From positions 2,030,780 to 2,094,779 of the forward strand of contig CATQHL010000001.1 of NCBI GenBank assembly GCA_958295925.1: 64,000 nucleotides of DNA. Reading direction: 5' to 3'. The notes under the pieces are model-generated. The model had not been told where the DNA came from. It worked only from the letters and a program-made list of their open reading frames with translations, and ran no database searches. The stretch is from an uncultured Acidimicrobiales bacterium (GTDB lineage: Bacteria; Actinomycetota; Acidimicrobiia; Acidimicrobiales; CATQHL01). The translations under genes and the position numbers were made by a program. Positions 25,761-35,344 of this stretch are shown in pieces (position 1 is the first letter of the stretch; every line of letters starts with the position of its first letter).

Positions 25761-27355
25761 GGCGTTGCCTGCCCTTTCCTCCGTGAGATCAGGTGTTCAG
25801 TGGCTCGAAGCGCCAGGGCGGAGATGGTCGCCGTCGGGTTTACGCCGCCTGACGTCACGAACAGGCTGCCGTCGATCACGAACAGGTTCCCCACGTCGTG
25901 GGCGCGTCCCCAGCGGTCCACGACAGAAGATTCCGGGTCGTCGCCCATCCTGGCCGTGCCGAGGAGATGCCAGCCGGTGCCCCTCACCTGAGGCGTGACA
26001 ATAGTCTCGTATGCGCCGGCCTCGATGAGCGACTCCGAGGCGCGCTCTGCATGAAACTCGAGCAGCCGGGTGGAATTCCCCGAGACCCGGTAGTGGATAC
26101 GAGGCGCCCGTACGCCATCTGAGTCGACGAGTTCGGAATCGAGGGTGACGGCGTTGGACTCATCCGGCAGGTCTTCGCCGATGATCCCCCACATTATTGA
26201 GTGACCGAGGCTCTTGGAGACCCGTTCTTGCAGCTCCTCGCCCCAGACAGGGTCTCCTCCGAATCCCATCGCAACCCCCAATGGCCCCCCGGTGGGCTGG
26301 AGACCCCATTTGGCGCCCCGCACGAAATCCGCCGAGGGGCCTGTCTCGTAGAACTGCATGCTCTGCAAGCTCTGCCCCCAGTGCCCCTGCCAGCTCGCCC
26401 AGCGGCGATCGAACAGACCGATCACCGTTCCGAAGGGATGCATCATCAGCCTCTTGCCAACCAGACCTGATCTGTTGGCGAGTCCGTCGGGGAAATGCGC
26501 GCTTGAGGAGAGCAGCAGAAGGCGGGGAGTTCCGATTCCGTTGGCGGCGAGCATCACCACCGAGGCCTCCTGGTGCCTATGCACTCCCTCATGGTCCACA
26601 TAAGCCGCCCCGGTGGCCAGCCCGCGCCCGTTCACCGTTATCTCGTAGACCCTTGCGCCAGTGGCCAGTTTGACCCCCAGCCGCTCGGCGTCGGGCCAGT
26701 GGGTCTGATCGGTGGATCCCTTTGCGCCCTCCCCGCATCCCCAGGCGCACGTGCCGCGCTGAACGCACGGGCGCCTGCCGCGGTAGCTGCGTGAGGCGAT
26801 TGCGTTGTAGCCCGGCCACCAGTGCCATCCGAGCCGGTTGTGCGCACGGGCGATTTCGTTGGCGACGTCCGGCACGGGAAGCGGTGGCAGCGGAGGCTCG
26901 GCACCGGGAGGGTAGGCGGGATCACCTCCCATTCCCGAAACCCCGAAGTCGACGTCCGATCTTTCGTAGTAGGGCTGCAGTTCCTCGTAGGTGAGCGGCC
27001 AGTCGTCCGCCACCCCGTCAAGGGAGCGGACATGGAAGTCAGAGGGTGCCAGACGAGGCCACTGGGCGGCGAACTGCACTGTGCTTCCGCCCACCCCGTT
27101 GAACATCAGGGGGTCGATGTCGCTCTCTGAGACTTCGACGGGGTAGTCGGCGTCGGCTTGACGTACGTTGGGGTCCCAGTTCCACTGTTTAAGCCCGGTC
27201 AGTTCCCAGTCGGGGTAGGCCCCGCGGTAGGCGCCAGGGTCAGTGCGCTGCCCCTGCTCGAGGCAGACCACGTCGAATCCACCTTCTGCCAGGCGCTTGG
27301 CGGCCACCGCCCCCGAGGCCCCGGCTCCGATGATCAAGACGTCGGGACGACTCAT
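25757..27355 (-). CDS. GMC-family FAD-dependent oxidoreductase
   Basis: N-terminal DVLIIGAGASGAVAAKRLAEGGFDVVCLEQG, a C-terminal HLLGTARMG-type active-site region and NLFVIDGSLF. Confidence 0.9.
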   Translation of the reverse strand: MSRPDVLIIGAGASGAVAAKRLAEGGFDVVCLEQGQRTDPGAYRGAYPDWELTGLKQWNWDPNVRQADADYPVEVSESDIDPLMFNGVGGSTVQFAAQWPRLAPSDFHVRSLDGVADDWPLTYEELQPYYERSDVDFGVSGMGGDPAYPPGAEPPLPPLPVPDVANEIARAHNRLGWHWWPGYNAIASRSYRGRRPCVQRGTCAWGCGEGAKGSTDQTHWPDAERLGVKLATGARVYEITVNGRGLATGAAYVDHEGVHRHQEASVVMLAANGIGTPRLLLLSSSAHFPDGLANRSGLVGKRLMMHPFGTVIGLFDRRWASWQGHWGQSLQSMQFYETGPSADFVRGAKWGLQPTGGPLGVAMGFGGDPVWGEELQERVSKSLGHSIMWGIIGEDLPDESNAVTLDSELVDSDGVRAPRIHYRVSGNSTRLLEFHAERASESLIEAGAYETIVTPQVRGTGWHLLGTARMGDDPESSVVDRWGRAHDVGNLFVIDGSLFVTSGGVNPTATISALALRATEHLISRRKGQATP

Positions 27356-28389
27356 CGCAGAGCAGGCATCACGCGAGACCCGAAAGCCTCAATCAGGTCG
27401 AGGGGAAGTTCGTAGGAGGGGAAGCCTCTGATGTAAAAGCTGCTCACCCCAAATTCGGCGGCCCTGCGCAGGCGGGCGGCGCACTCCTCAGCCGTTCCAA
27501 CCGCACAGAAGGCGTCGGCGTAGCGTCTGCCGTCGTCGTCGCTCACCCATTGCCCTGCCACCTCCGCTGCCTGCGCCCAGTCCTCGGCGTGCGTCATGTC
27601 AGGGTAGACGCCCTTCACCACCTTGGGCACCTCGATTTCGATTCCCGCCAGCCTGAGGGAGGCCGCGGCGCCGATCTGCGCGAGGCCCACGCACACCGGC
27701 TTGGCCACCTGGGCTGCCTCAAGGGGGTCATCGGTGATGTGACAGAACGCGCCGAGGCAGACGTCGAGGTCTTCGAGCCTGCGCCCTGAGCGCTCCGCTC
27801 CGGCGCGGATGTTTCCGAGGGCCTGCTCGATGAGCGGCGGGGACAGGCCGGCGAGGACGATCACCCCGTCGGCAACCTCCCCGGCGAGCTGAAGAGCCTT
27901 GGGGCCGCTGGCGGCCATGTATACGGGGATTCCGTCGACGGCCTGGCCGTGAATGCGCACTTCCCGTCCCCCGAACTCGCAGGCCCCCCCCGCCAGCAGC
28001 CGGCGCACCGTGTAAATGTGCTGACGCATTTCGGCGAGGCGCGTCGGGCGCATCCCGAGGAGCTTGATGGCGCTGTCGCCGCTGCCCACTCCGAGGATCG
28101 TGCGTCCCGGCGCTATCTCCGCAACCGTGCGTGCGGCGGCTGCGGTGACGCTGGGGTGCCGCGTCTCGAACGTCGTCACGCAGCTTCCCACACGAATGGC
28201 GGAGGTCCCCAGAGCGGCGGCGGTCATCGTAGACCAGACGTCCCTCCAGATGAACTGTGAGTCGGGAAACCAGGCGACCTCAAAGCCGGCCGACTCCGCA
28301 GCCCTGGCGGCGTCCTTCAGGGCTCGGACATTACGGCAGGGTGGAATCCGAATCCCAAATGCAGGGGCAGGTGCGCGCTCCGGGGTCAT
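27352..28389 (-). CDS. LLM-class (F420/FMN-type) oxidoreductase
   Basis: FGIRIPP..., FEVAWFPDSQ, ILGVGSGDS and a TIM-barrel LLM layout. ATG 28389 forms an ATGA overlap with the permease stop. The ORF-track extension to 28728 is rejected. Confidence 0.8.
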   Translation of the reverse strand: MTPERAPAPAFGIRIPPCRNVRALKDAARAAESAGFEVAWFPDSQFIWRDVWSTMTAAALGTSAIRVGSCVTTFETRHPSVTAAAARTVAEIAPGRTILGVGSGDSAIKLLGMRPTRLAEMRQHIYTVRRLLAGGACEFGGREVRIHGQAVDGIPVYMAASGPKALQLAGEVADGVIVLAGLSPPLIEQALGNIRAGAERSGRRLEDLDVCLGAFCHITDDPLEAAQVAKPVCVGLAQIGAAASLRLAGIEIEVPKVVKGVYPDMTHAEDWAQAAEVAGQWVSDDDGRRYADAFCAVGTAEECAARLRRAAEFGVSSFYIRGFPSYELPLDLIEAFGSRVMPALR

Positions 28390-29366
28390 CTGGCGAGATG
28401 GAGGGGGCGCCCCTCCTCGCGCGGCGGAAGCACCTTTCTGCCCGTCAGGGCAATAGCCAGGATCGTCACAAGGTAGGGGAGCGCCAGCAGCAGTTCCCCT
28501 GCTATCGGGATGTTGAGTGCCTGCAGCTGGAAGCCCAGCGCGTAGGATCCCCCGAAGAGCAAGGCCGCGCCAAACGAGCCTCCCGGAGTCCAGCGCCCCA
28601 GGATGATTACTGCTATGGCTATGTATCCCCTGCCGCGAACGATGTCCTGCTGGAACAGGCGGATGTCCGCCAGAACCATGTAAGCACCGGCCACGGCTGC
28701 AAGCACGCCGCTGGCCGTCATGGCCCAAAGACGCACCCTCAACACGTTCACGCCGGTCGTCTGGGCCCCCTCCGCGTACTCCCCGCAGGCTCTTAGGCGT
28801 ACTCCCAGGCCCGTCTTGAACAGGATGTAGGAAAAAAGGGGGATCAATACGTACGTCATGTAGACCAGCCAGTGCTGGTCGAAGAGCACCCCGACTATCG
28901 GAATCGACGCCAGGCCAGGAATGCGCGTGGTGAGATCTCCCCTTGGAACGGACATCGCTGCCAACCCGCCGCCCCGAATCGCCACGTCGAACAGGAAACT
29001 GGTGGCCCCCAACGCCAGGATGTTGAAGGCGATGCCCACGACCACCTGGTCCCCACGCAACCCAACTGTTACCCAGCCGACGAGCAGGCCGAAGACCGCC
29101 CCAAAAAGAACCGCAAACCAGAAGCCGCCCACCTCCGAGCCGAAGAGGGCGGCAGTCCAGGCCGAGGCAAATGCGCCGATGAGCATCAGCCCTTCGAGTG
29201 CGATGTTAAGCACTCCGGAACGTTGGGCGATCACGCCGCCCAGTGCGGCGAGGATGAGCGGGACGCCAGCGATGATCGAGGCGCCTATGACGTTGGCGGT
29301 GACAGTCACGCGCGGCTCCGGGTGGATGCAGGCGAGGATTGGCCCGAATGCGTTCTCCCGCCACAC
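28386..29366 (-). CDS. ABC transporter permease, BMP/simple-sugar type (second-permease, YufQ/RnsD-like)
   Basis: A multi-TM protein with GVLNIALEGLMLIGAF. The exact start is uncertain; an internal GTG at VTVTANV is possible. Confidence 0.8.
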   Translation of the reverse strand: MWRENAFGPILACIHPEPRVTVTANVIGASIIAGVPLILAALGGVIAQRSGVLNIALEGLMLIGAFASAWTAALFGSEVGGFWFAVLFGAVFGLLVGWVTVGLRGDQVVVGIAFNILALGATSFLFDVAIRGGGLAAMSVPRGDLTTRIPGLASIPIVGVLFDQHWLVYMTYVLIPLFSYILFKTGLGVRLRACGEYAEGAQTTGVNVLRVRLWAMTASGVLAAVAGAYMVLADIRLFQQDIVRGRGYIAIAVIILGRWTPGGSFGAALLFGGSYALGFQLQALNIPIAGELLLALPYLVTILAIALTGRKVLPPREEGRPLHLAR

Positions 29367-29509
29367 AGGCGCAGGGACTGGCGCATGCCCAAATCATACA
29401 TCTTTGCCAAATTCTGCGCCGGGTGGGCCGCCACCCTCTCCATGCGCGCCTTGGCACGGACGATTTGATTAGGCGTATACTCAGGTTCCTGCAGAGGAGC
29501 GTCTGAACT

Positions 29510-30319
29510 ATGAGCACCGGATACGCATCACGGCATTTTGAATTTGGCAAAGCCCGCGTTCACGTAATGAGTGGGGGGGAGGGTGAGCCGATGCTGTTTC
29601 TGCACCCGGCCGCGGGGGCGGGATATTGGATGCCCTTTCATGAAATGCTTGCCGAGAGTTTCACTGTGATTTCCCCTGATCACCCAGGGTTCGGGGACTC
29701 GGACGCCTTGGAATGGATAGACGGGATGGACGATCTCGTCTACTTCTACCTCGATTTGCTGGAGCGGCTTGACATCGAGCGGACGCACCTTCTGGGGGCA
29801 TCCCTGGGCGGGTGGCTGGCGGTTGAGCTGGCCCTCCACCAACCTTCCCTCGCACGCAGCCTTGTGCTGGTGGATCCAATAGGCCTGGACATTCCTGAAC
29901 ATCCGATAGAGGACATCTTTGCGATGAACCCCGACGAGCTGCGGGCGGCGCTGTTTCACGATCCCGACGTGGCCAGGAGGTTCATCCCTGAAGAACCCGA
30001 TTTCGAGGCGCTTATGCGAGCTTTCAAGGAAAAGTCGGCTTTTGCGCGCCTGGCCTGGAACCCCTTTTGCTGCAATCCAAAGCTGCCGCTTAGGACGCAC
30101 CGCATTGCAGCGCCCACGTTGATTCTCTGGGGACGGCATGACCGACTGGTGCCCCCCGCGCACGGAGAGCGCTACAGGGATCTCATCGCCAACTCTCGAC
30201 TGGAGTTCATCGAGGACTCAGGACATGCGCCATTGCTGGAACAGCCGAGGCTTACTGTCGACGCCATAGGGAAGTTCGTTTCCGAAACAGCTTCGGGAAC
30301 GCCAGCGACGGGAGGATGA
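29510..30319 (+). CDS. alpha/beta-fold hydrolase (meta-cleavage-product/RutD-like)
   Basis: HPAAGAGYW, nucleophile elbow GASLGG and C-terminal DSGHAPLLEQP. Confidence 0.85.
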   Translation: MSTGYASRHFEFGKARVHVMSGGEGEPMLFLHPAAGAGYWMPFHEMLAESFTVISPDHPGFGDSDALEWIDGMDDLVYFYLDLLERLDIERTHLLGASLGGWLAVELALHQPSLARSLVLVDPIGLDIPEHPIEDIFAMNPDELRAALFHDPDVARRFIPEEPDFEALMRAFKEKSAFARLAWNPFCCNPKLPLRTHRIAAPTLILWGRHDRLVPPAHGERYRDLIANSRLEFIEDSGHAPLLEQPRLTVDAIGKFVSETASGTPATGG

Positions 30320-30320
30320 G

Positions 30321-31493
30321 ATGAAGTTCTACATGTTTCATCTGATGCCCTATCCACACCTCTCAGAGGACTTCGAGGAGCGGGAGTCGGCGTGGGTGAC
30401 CTATCCCAACAGCAACTACGACCCGACGGTGGGAACCTACCTCTACAACCGCTATTTGGACGAGCTGGAGTACGCCGAGCCGCTTGGGTTCGACGGCATC
30501 TGCGTAAACGAGCACCATCAGAACGCCTACGGAACGATGCCATCCCCGAATCTCATGGCAGCCACCCTGTGCAGAAACACCGAACGAGTGGATATTGCGA
30601 TTGTCGGAAACGGCCTTCCCCTGCGCGATCACCCTCTCAGGGTCGCCGAGGAGGTGGCGATGCTCGACGTAATCTCGGGCGGTCGCATAATCTCCGGATT
30701 CGTTCGAGGAATCGGGGATGAGTATTTCTCCATGTCGCTAAACCCGACACATTCCCGCGAGCGCTTCAACGAGGCCCACGACCTGATCGTCAAGGCATGG
30801 ACCACCCCAGGCCCGTTCCGCTGGAGCGGCAAGCATTATCGACACAACTACGTAAACGTCTGGCCGCGTCCCCTCCAGCAGCCTCATCCACATGTTTGGA
30901 TACCGGCCTTCGGCAGCACCGAGACAATGACGTGGGCAGCCGCTCATCACTACACGTATCTGTCGGTGTTTGCGCCCTCCAAACTCCTGAAGAAGTGGTT
31001 CGACGGGTTCAGGGCTGGCGCCAACGAAGCTGGATATGAGGCGAGCAAGGATCAGATCGGCATACTGCTGCCCATTTTCGTGGGGGAAAGCGACCGCTCC
31101 GCCCACGCCGAAGGGCGTGAGCACGTACTCTGGCTCTACCACAAGGGACTCAAGCACAAGTTCGAGCACCTCTTCCCGCCCGGGTACATGACCGAGGAGT
31201 CGTGGGGAAGATTCCTTCGTTCCGGCCTCGGCAGCTATACGGCCTTGAGCTACGAGGAGTTGATCTCTCAGGGCTACGCGGTGGTAGGCAGCGCGGAGAG
31301 CGTGAGGGAACGTCTAGAGGAACTCGCCGACGAGCTTGGGTTCGGTCTGGTGAACGCCTTACTGCATATGGGGGCGATGTCGCATGAGGTCACCAAGCAG
31401 AACATGGAGATATTTGCGGCTGAGGTCATGCCGTATTTCCAGGCTGACGATGAGCCTTCCTCCCTTGAAAAGCCTCAGACGGCAGCGCCATGA
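30321..31493 (+). CDS. LLM-class flavin-dependent oxidoreductase
   Basis: FDGICVNEHHQN, a GGRIISGF-type string and WTTPGPFRWSGKHY. It starts 1 nt after the hydrolase stop. Confidence 0.85.
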   Translation: MKFYMFHLMPYPHLSEDFEERESAWVTYPNSNYDPTVGTYLYNRYLDELEYAEPLGFDGICVNEHHQNAYGTMPSPNLMAATLCRNTERVDIAIVGNGLPLRDHPLRVAEEVAMLDVISGGRIISGFVRGIGDEYFSMSLNPTHSRERFNEAHDLIVKAWTTPGPFRWSGKHYRHNYVNVWPRPLQQPHPHVWIPAFGSTETMTWAAAHHYTYLSVFAPSKLLKKWFDGFRAGANEAGYEASKDQIGILLPIFVGESDRSAHAEGREHVLWLYHKGLKHKFEHLFPPGYMTEESWGRFLRSGLGSYTALSYEELISQGYAVVGSAESVRERLEELADELGFGLVNALLHMGAMSHEVTKQNMEIFAAEVMPYFQADDEPSSLEKPQTAAP

Positions 31494-31551
31494 GATAACA
31501 AGGCAAATGCCACTGACAAGACATCAATTAGCTAACAGAAAGGGGAAACTG

Positions 31552-32667
31552 ATGATTATCAGGAGTACGAGATCAACACTGCTGGTGCTGCTGGCGGCCC
31601 TTATGGCGGTCGTGCTGGTGGCCTCAGCCTGCGGGGAAGGAGACGAGCCGAGCGCTGAGCCCGATCCTGAGCCTGCGTCGAGCCCCGATCCTGAGCCTGC
31701 TCCGGCTCCAAGCCCCGATCCGGCACCTTCGCCAGGCCCGATGCAGAAGGAAAACCCCAGGGTCGCTCAGATTCATCCCGACGCGGTAAACGCGGCGGGC
31801 TGGTACAGCAAGGGGACTGATGCTTTTAAGAAGATGGCTGAGGTACTGGGTTCCGAGCCCGAGGTGCTTGAGAGGATCACCTACGACGAGGCCCCCTCAA
31901 CGCTGCGGCAGTTGGCCGCGGACGGGGTGGACATAATTGTTTCACACTCCTCCGGTTATGAGTCTGCGGTGCTCGAGGTGGCACCGGAATTCCCGGAAAC
32001 CTGGTTCCTGATCTACTCCGACCTGTCGACCACCAACGACCTGCCCAACGTCGCCGGATGGGCGGTGCACTGGAACGAGGTCGGATACCTCGTCGCCACG
32101 ATTGCCTGCGCCTCATCAGACGCCAACCACGTGGGAATGGTCGTCAGCGCGCCGATTCCTGCCTACACCCGCTGGACGGGCGGATCCGATCAGCTGAGCG
32201 AGGAATCCGCCGAAGTGCTGGGCGAAGCCTGCGAGTTCAACTATGTGTGGACAGGGGACTTCGTAGATGTCGTAAAGGCGAAGTCGGCAGCCGAGGCGCT
32301 CATTGACGGCGGTGCGGACGTGCTGTTCGACGGCGCGGACGCCGCCGGGGCGGGCGCTGTGGAATCCGCAGTCCAGAACGAACTCATGTATGTCGGATCT
32401 GTTGTAGACCAGTGCGAGCAGGCGCCAGACACCATCATCACAAGCGTGATTATGAACTTCGACATCGCGTACGCGGAGATGGCGGACTTGTATGCGGCAG
32501 GCAGTCTTGAGCCGAAGATATATCCGCTGAACTCTGCGAACCAGGGAATTCAAGTAACGGGTTTCTGCAATCCTGACGAAGAGGTGCAAAAGGCCATCGA
32601 CAGCGTCCTGGAACAGATCGCGGCCGGGAGCATCGTAGTGGACCCGACACGCGAGGTAACCTCTTAG
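31552..32667 (+). CDS. BMP-family ABC substrate-binding lipoprotein
   Basis: ATG 31552 follows AAAGGGGA. Signal peptide with lipobox LVASAC, then a PDPEPA-rich linker and a BMP/PnrA-like periplasmic binding fold. The upstream ORF-track extension is rejected. Confidence 0.85.
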   Translation: MIIRSTRSTLLVLLAALMAVVLVASACGEGDEPSAEPDPEPASSPDPEPAPAPSPDPAPSPGPMQKENPRVAQIHPDAVNAAGWYSKGTDAFKKMAEVLGSEPEVLERITYDEAPSTLRQLAADGVDIIVSHSSGYESAVLEVAPEFPETWFLIYSDLSTTNDLPNVAGWAVHWNEVGYLVATIACASSDANHVGMVVSAPIPAYTRWTGGSDQLSEESAEVLGEACEFNYVWTGDFVDVVKAKSAAEALIDGGADVLFDGADAAGAGAVESAVQNELMYVGSVVDQCEQAPDTIITSVIMNFDIAYAEMADLYAAGSLEPKIYPLNSANQGIQVTGFCNPDEEVQKAIDSVLEQIAAGSIVVDPTREVTS

Positions 32668-32688
32668 CAGTAACGGAAGGCAACCCGC

Positions 32689-34275
32689 GTGGGCGTTGCC
32701 ACTGATGCGCACACCGAGGCTGCGACAAAGGCGCAGAGCACCCTTGTCGCAGCCTCCGTGCGTAAGCACTTCGGAAAAGTCAAGGCCAATGACGGCGTAG
32801 ACGTCACCTTCAAGGGTGGTGAGGTTCACGGCCTGCTTGGGGAGAACGGGGCAGGCAAGTCCACGTTGATCAAGTGCCTCACGGGTGTCTACCGACCCGA
32901 CTCGGGGCACTTCGAGGTCAACGGCAGGGAGGTCTCCTTCAAGAACCCTGTCCACTCCCGCCAGTCCGGCATCGCCGTGGTGCACCAGAACTCAACCTTG
33001 ATCTCCCGGCTGAGCCTTATAGAAAATGTCGTGCTGCAAGAGGGGCGGCTGGGGCGGATTACCTCGAACTACGCCGAGCAACTGGTGGCGAGCGGGGAAC
33101 GGCTCGGGTTCAAGGTCGATCCAAGCGCCAGGGTGGAGACACTCTCGGTTGGGGATCGTCAGCGAGCCGAGATCGCAAGGGCGTTCATGCACGACGCCAT
33201 GTTCGTGATACTCGATGAGCCGACTGCCGTTCTTTCACCCGCCGAGCGCGAGAGCCTGTTTGGCCTCTTCACCGCCCTCACAGATCGGGGCATCGGGATA
33301 GTTTTTGTCACCCATCACCTGTCCGAGGCCCTTTCGCAGTGCACGCGCACGACGGTTTTGCGCCACGGGCGGGTGGTCGGTCGTCTGGAGGAGGGTCACC
33401 AAGTCGATGAACAGGAGCTTGTGAGGCTCATTATCGGGGACGCAGTTGACGGGGAGGGCCCGGAGTCCGCTATCCCTGCGGGCGCCGGGGAATCATTGAT
33501 TAGATCACCGCCCGCGGGAGCTTCCCCCGGGGAGGGGGCAAGAGTATCGGTCAGGTCGGTTTCGGGCGCCCCTTCCTGGGGTCGGCGTCTGTTTGACATA
33601 AGCCTGGAGGTTCGAAAGGGGGAGGTGATGGGAATAGCAGGGGTGGAGGGCAACGGCCAGCGCGAGTTCTCCGCCATGCTCACGGGAGCCTGGCGGGCGG
33701 ACGAAGGGGAGGTCACCCTCGACGGAGAGCCTCTCGCCGAAATCCCCCCCAGGCGACGCTCCGAGCTCATCGGGGACGTACCGGACGACCATTTCCTGGC
33801 TACGTGCGACTCGTTGTCCCTCTGGGAGAACCTCGCCCTGTCCACGTTTGCGTGGCAGGAAGCCCCTGTTCCGTCCGGGAGGTCTCGCCATCGCCGACGG
33901 GCGGGGGAACTGGTGGACGAATTCGACATACGCACCGGCAGCGTCAACACGCCGGTCAACCAGCTATCAGGCGGAAACCGGCGCAGGGTCATCCTGGCCA
34001 GGGAGCTGTGCAAGCATCCGATCCTGCTTGTCGCCACTTATCCGACCCGGGGGTTGGACGTCCGCTCCGCAGAACAGGTGATCGGCTATCTTCGCCGCCT
34101 TTCTGCGGGGGGAACCTCGGTGGTGATCTTCAGCATGGACCTCGAGGAGATCATCGAGGTGAGCGACCGCGTGGCGGTCTTGTCGCAAGGGCGCATAACA
34201 GGGATATTGGAGGCGGATGAGATCTCCATTGTTCGCATCGGAAGCCTGATGCTCACCAAGGCGGCAGCGTGCTGA
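32689..34275 (+). CDS. ABC transporter ATP-binding protein with duplicated ATPase domains
   Basis: The first domain has GENGAGKSTL, LSVGDRQRAEIARA and ILDEPTA. The second has LSGGNRRRVILAREL and TRGLDV. Confidence 0.9.
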   Translation: MGVATDAHTEAATKAQSTLVAASVRKHFGKVKANDGVDVTFKGGEVHGLLGENGAGKSTLIKCLTGVYRPDSGHFEVNGREVSFKNPVHSRQSGIAVVHQNSTLISRLSLIENVVLQEGRLGRITSNYAEQLVASGERLGFKVDPSARVETLSVGDRQRAEIARAFMHDAMFVILDEPTAVLSPAERESLFGLFTALTDRGIGIVFVTHHLSEALSQCTRTTVLRHGRVVGRLEEGHQVDEQELVRLIIGDAVDGEGPESAIPAGAGESLIRSPPAGASPGEGARVSVRSVSGAPSWGRRLFDISLEVRKGEVMGIAGVEGNGQREFSAMLTGAWRADEGEVTLDGEPLAEIPPRRRSELIGDVPDDHFLATCDSLSLWENLALSTFAWQEAPVPSGRSRHRRRAGELVDEFDIRTGSVNTPVNQLSGGNRRRVILARELCKHPILLVATYPTRGLDVRSAEQVIGYLRRLSAGGTSVVIFSMDLEEIIEVSDRVAVLSQGRITGILEADEISIVRIGSLMLTKAAAC

Positions 34276-35297
34276 AACGACTGCGGGGGGCTGTCGTGCC
34301 AATTCTGGCGATCCTTGTCTCCCTCCTGGTGCTTGCGCCCCTGATCAGAATCGGTGGCGCCGGGGTCATGGACGGCTACCGCGAGTTGCTGAAGTCCACC
34401 TTCGGGTCTCTGGTGGGGCTGGGGTCCTGGCTCACGGCCTCATTGCCGCTCATCCTCGTCGGCCTGGGAGTCGCCCTCCCTTATCGCGCCGGCCTCTTCA
34501 ACGTGGGGGGGGAGGGGCAGCTGATCACAGGCGCCCTCGTGGGTGTCTACGTCGGAACGTCGTTTGAAGGAGGGCCGGGCGCCTTTCTGCTTCCCATGCT
34601 GGGCGCGTTCGGGGCGGCGGCGTGCCTGGGGGCGCTCGCGGGATGGCTGAAGACCCGGGGGATGCATGAGATCGTCACGACCATCATGCTCAACTTCGTC
34701 GTGCTCTTCCTGATCACGTTCCTCCTGAGAGGCTCGCTCAAGGAACCCGGCCTGCCATACGCAGCAAGCAGGGCCGTCGCCGACGGGTTCCGCTTTCACC
34801 GGTTCCTCGACAACAAGCTTCCCTACGGCCTGATCGTGACGCTGGTCATCGTCGTCGCCGCTTCCTGGCTGACCGAGTACACCCGGTTCGGCTGGCGCCT
34901 CAGGCTCCTGGGTCTGAGCGACGCCGTTGCCGAAAGGCAGGGAATCGACGTGAAGCGAACCCGGATCGCCGCGCTGGCACTGGGCGGTGGGCTGGCCGGC
35001 CTTGGCGGGGTGGTGGAGTTGCTGGGGAACCAGTACCGGCTCGGGGCCAACTTCTCCCCGGGCTGGGGTTTCACCGCGATTGCGGTGGCACTCCTGGCCC
35101 GCGGCAATCTGCTCGTGGTGCTTCCCTTCGCCCTGTATTTTGGTTTCCTGCAAAACGGGGAGGTTCGTCTTCAGTCCATTCTGGGGCTTCCAGGGAACCT
35201 CATCTTGATCCTTGCGGCATCCCCGGTGATCATCGTTGCGGCCGTTTACGGTTACCAGACGTTCCGGAGGGCGGTCAGGGTGGCGCCGGATGCGTGA
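34269..35297 (+). CDS. ABC transporter permease, BMP/simple-sugar type (first-permease, YufP/RnsC-like)
   Basis: A multi-TM protein with FNVGGEGQLITGAL. The GTG start overlaps the ATPase stop. Confidence 0.85.
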   Translation: MLKRLRGAVVPILAILVSLLVLAPLIRIGGAGVMDGYRELLKSTFGSLVGLGSWLTASLPLILVGLGVALPYRAGLFNVGGEGQLITGALVGVYVGTSFEGGPGAFLLPMLGAFGAAACLGALAGWLKTRGMHEIVTTIMLNFVVLFLITFLLRGSLKEPGLPYAASRAVADGFRFHRFLDNKLPYGLIVTLVIVVAASWLTEYTRFGWRLRLLGLSDAVAERQGIDVKRTRIAALALGGGLAGLGGVVELLGNQYRLGANFSPGWGFTAIAVALLARGNLLVVLPFALYFGFLQNGEVRLQSILGLPGNLILILAASPVIIVAAVYGYQTFRRAVRVAPDA

Positions 35298-35344
35298 GGG
35301 CGGGGACGTTGCGGGAGGAAAACAGAGAAGGCAGGTTTGCAGGA

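Noticed and set aside
28390-28728. 5' extension of the LLM oxidoreductase ORF (the track lists 27352..28728).
   Set aside because: It overlaps the permease gene in another frame and has low-complexity translation. ATG 28389 gives a clean ATGA coupling and a normal LLM N-terminus.
31384-31551. 5' extension of the BMP lipoprotein ORF. The 18464..18718 extension of coxL2 and the 21009..21152 extension of coxS are the same kind of artefact.
   Set aside because: In each case an internal start with a good SD gives the canonical N-terminus: signal peptide with lipobox, the VPRSEDRR-type start, or the VVVNGE start. The extension overlaps the upstream gene.
31661-31750. Short nucleotide repeats (ccgatcctgagcctgc twice, plus a degenerate third copy) that might look like an array.
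   Set aside because: They are in frame within the lipoprotein gene and encode a PDPEPA-type proline-rich linker. This is coding low complexity, not a CRISPR or regulatory repeat.
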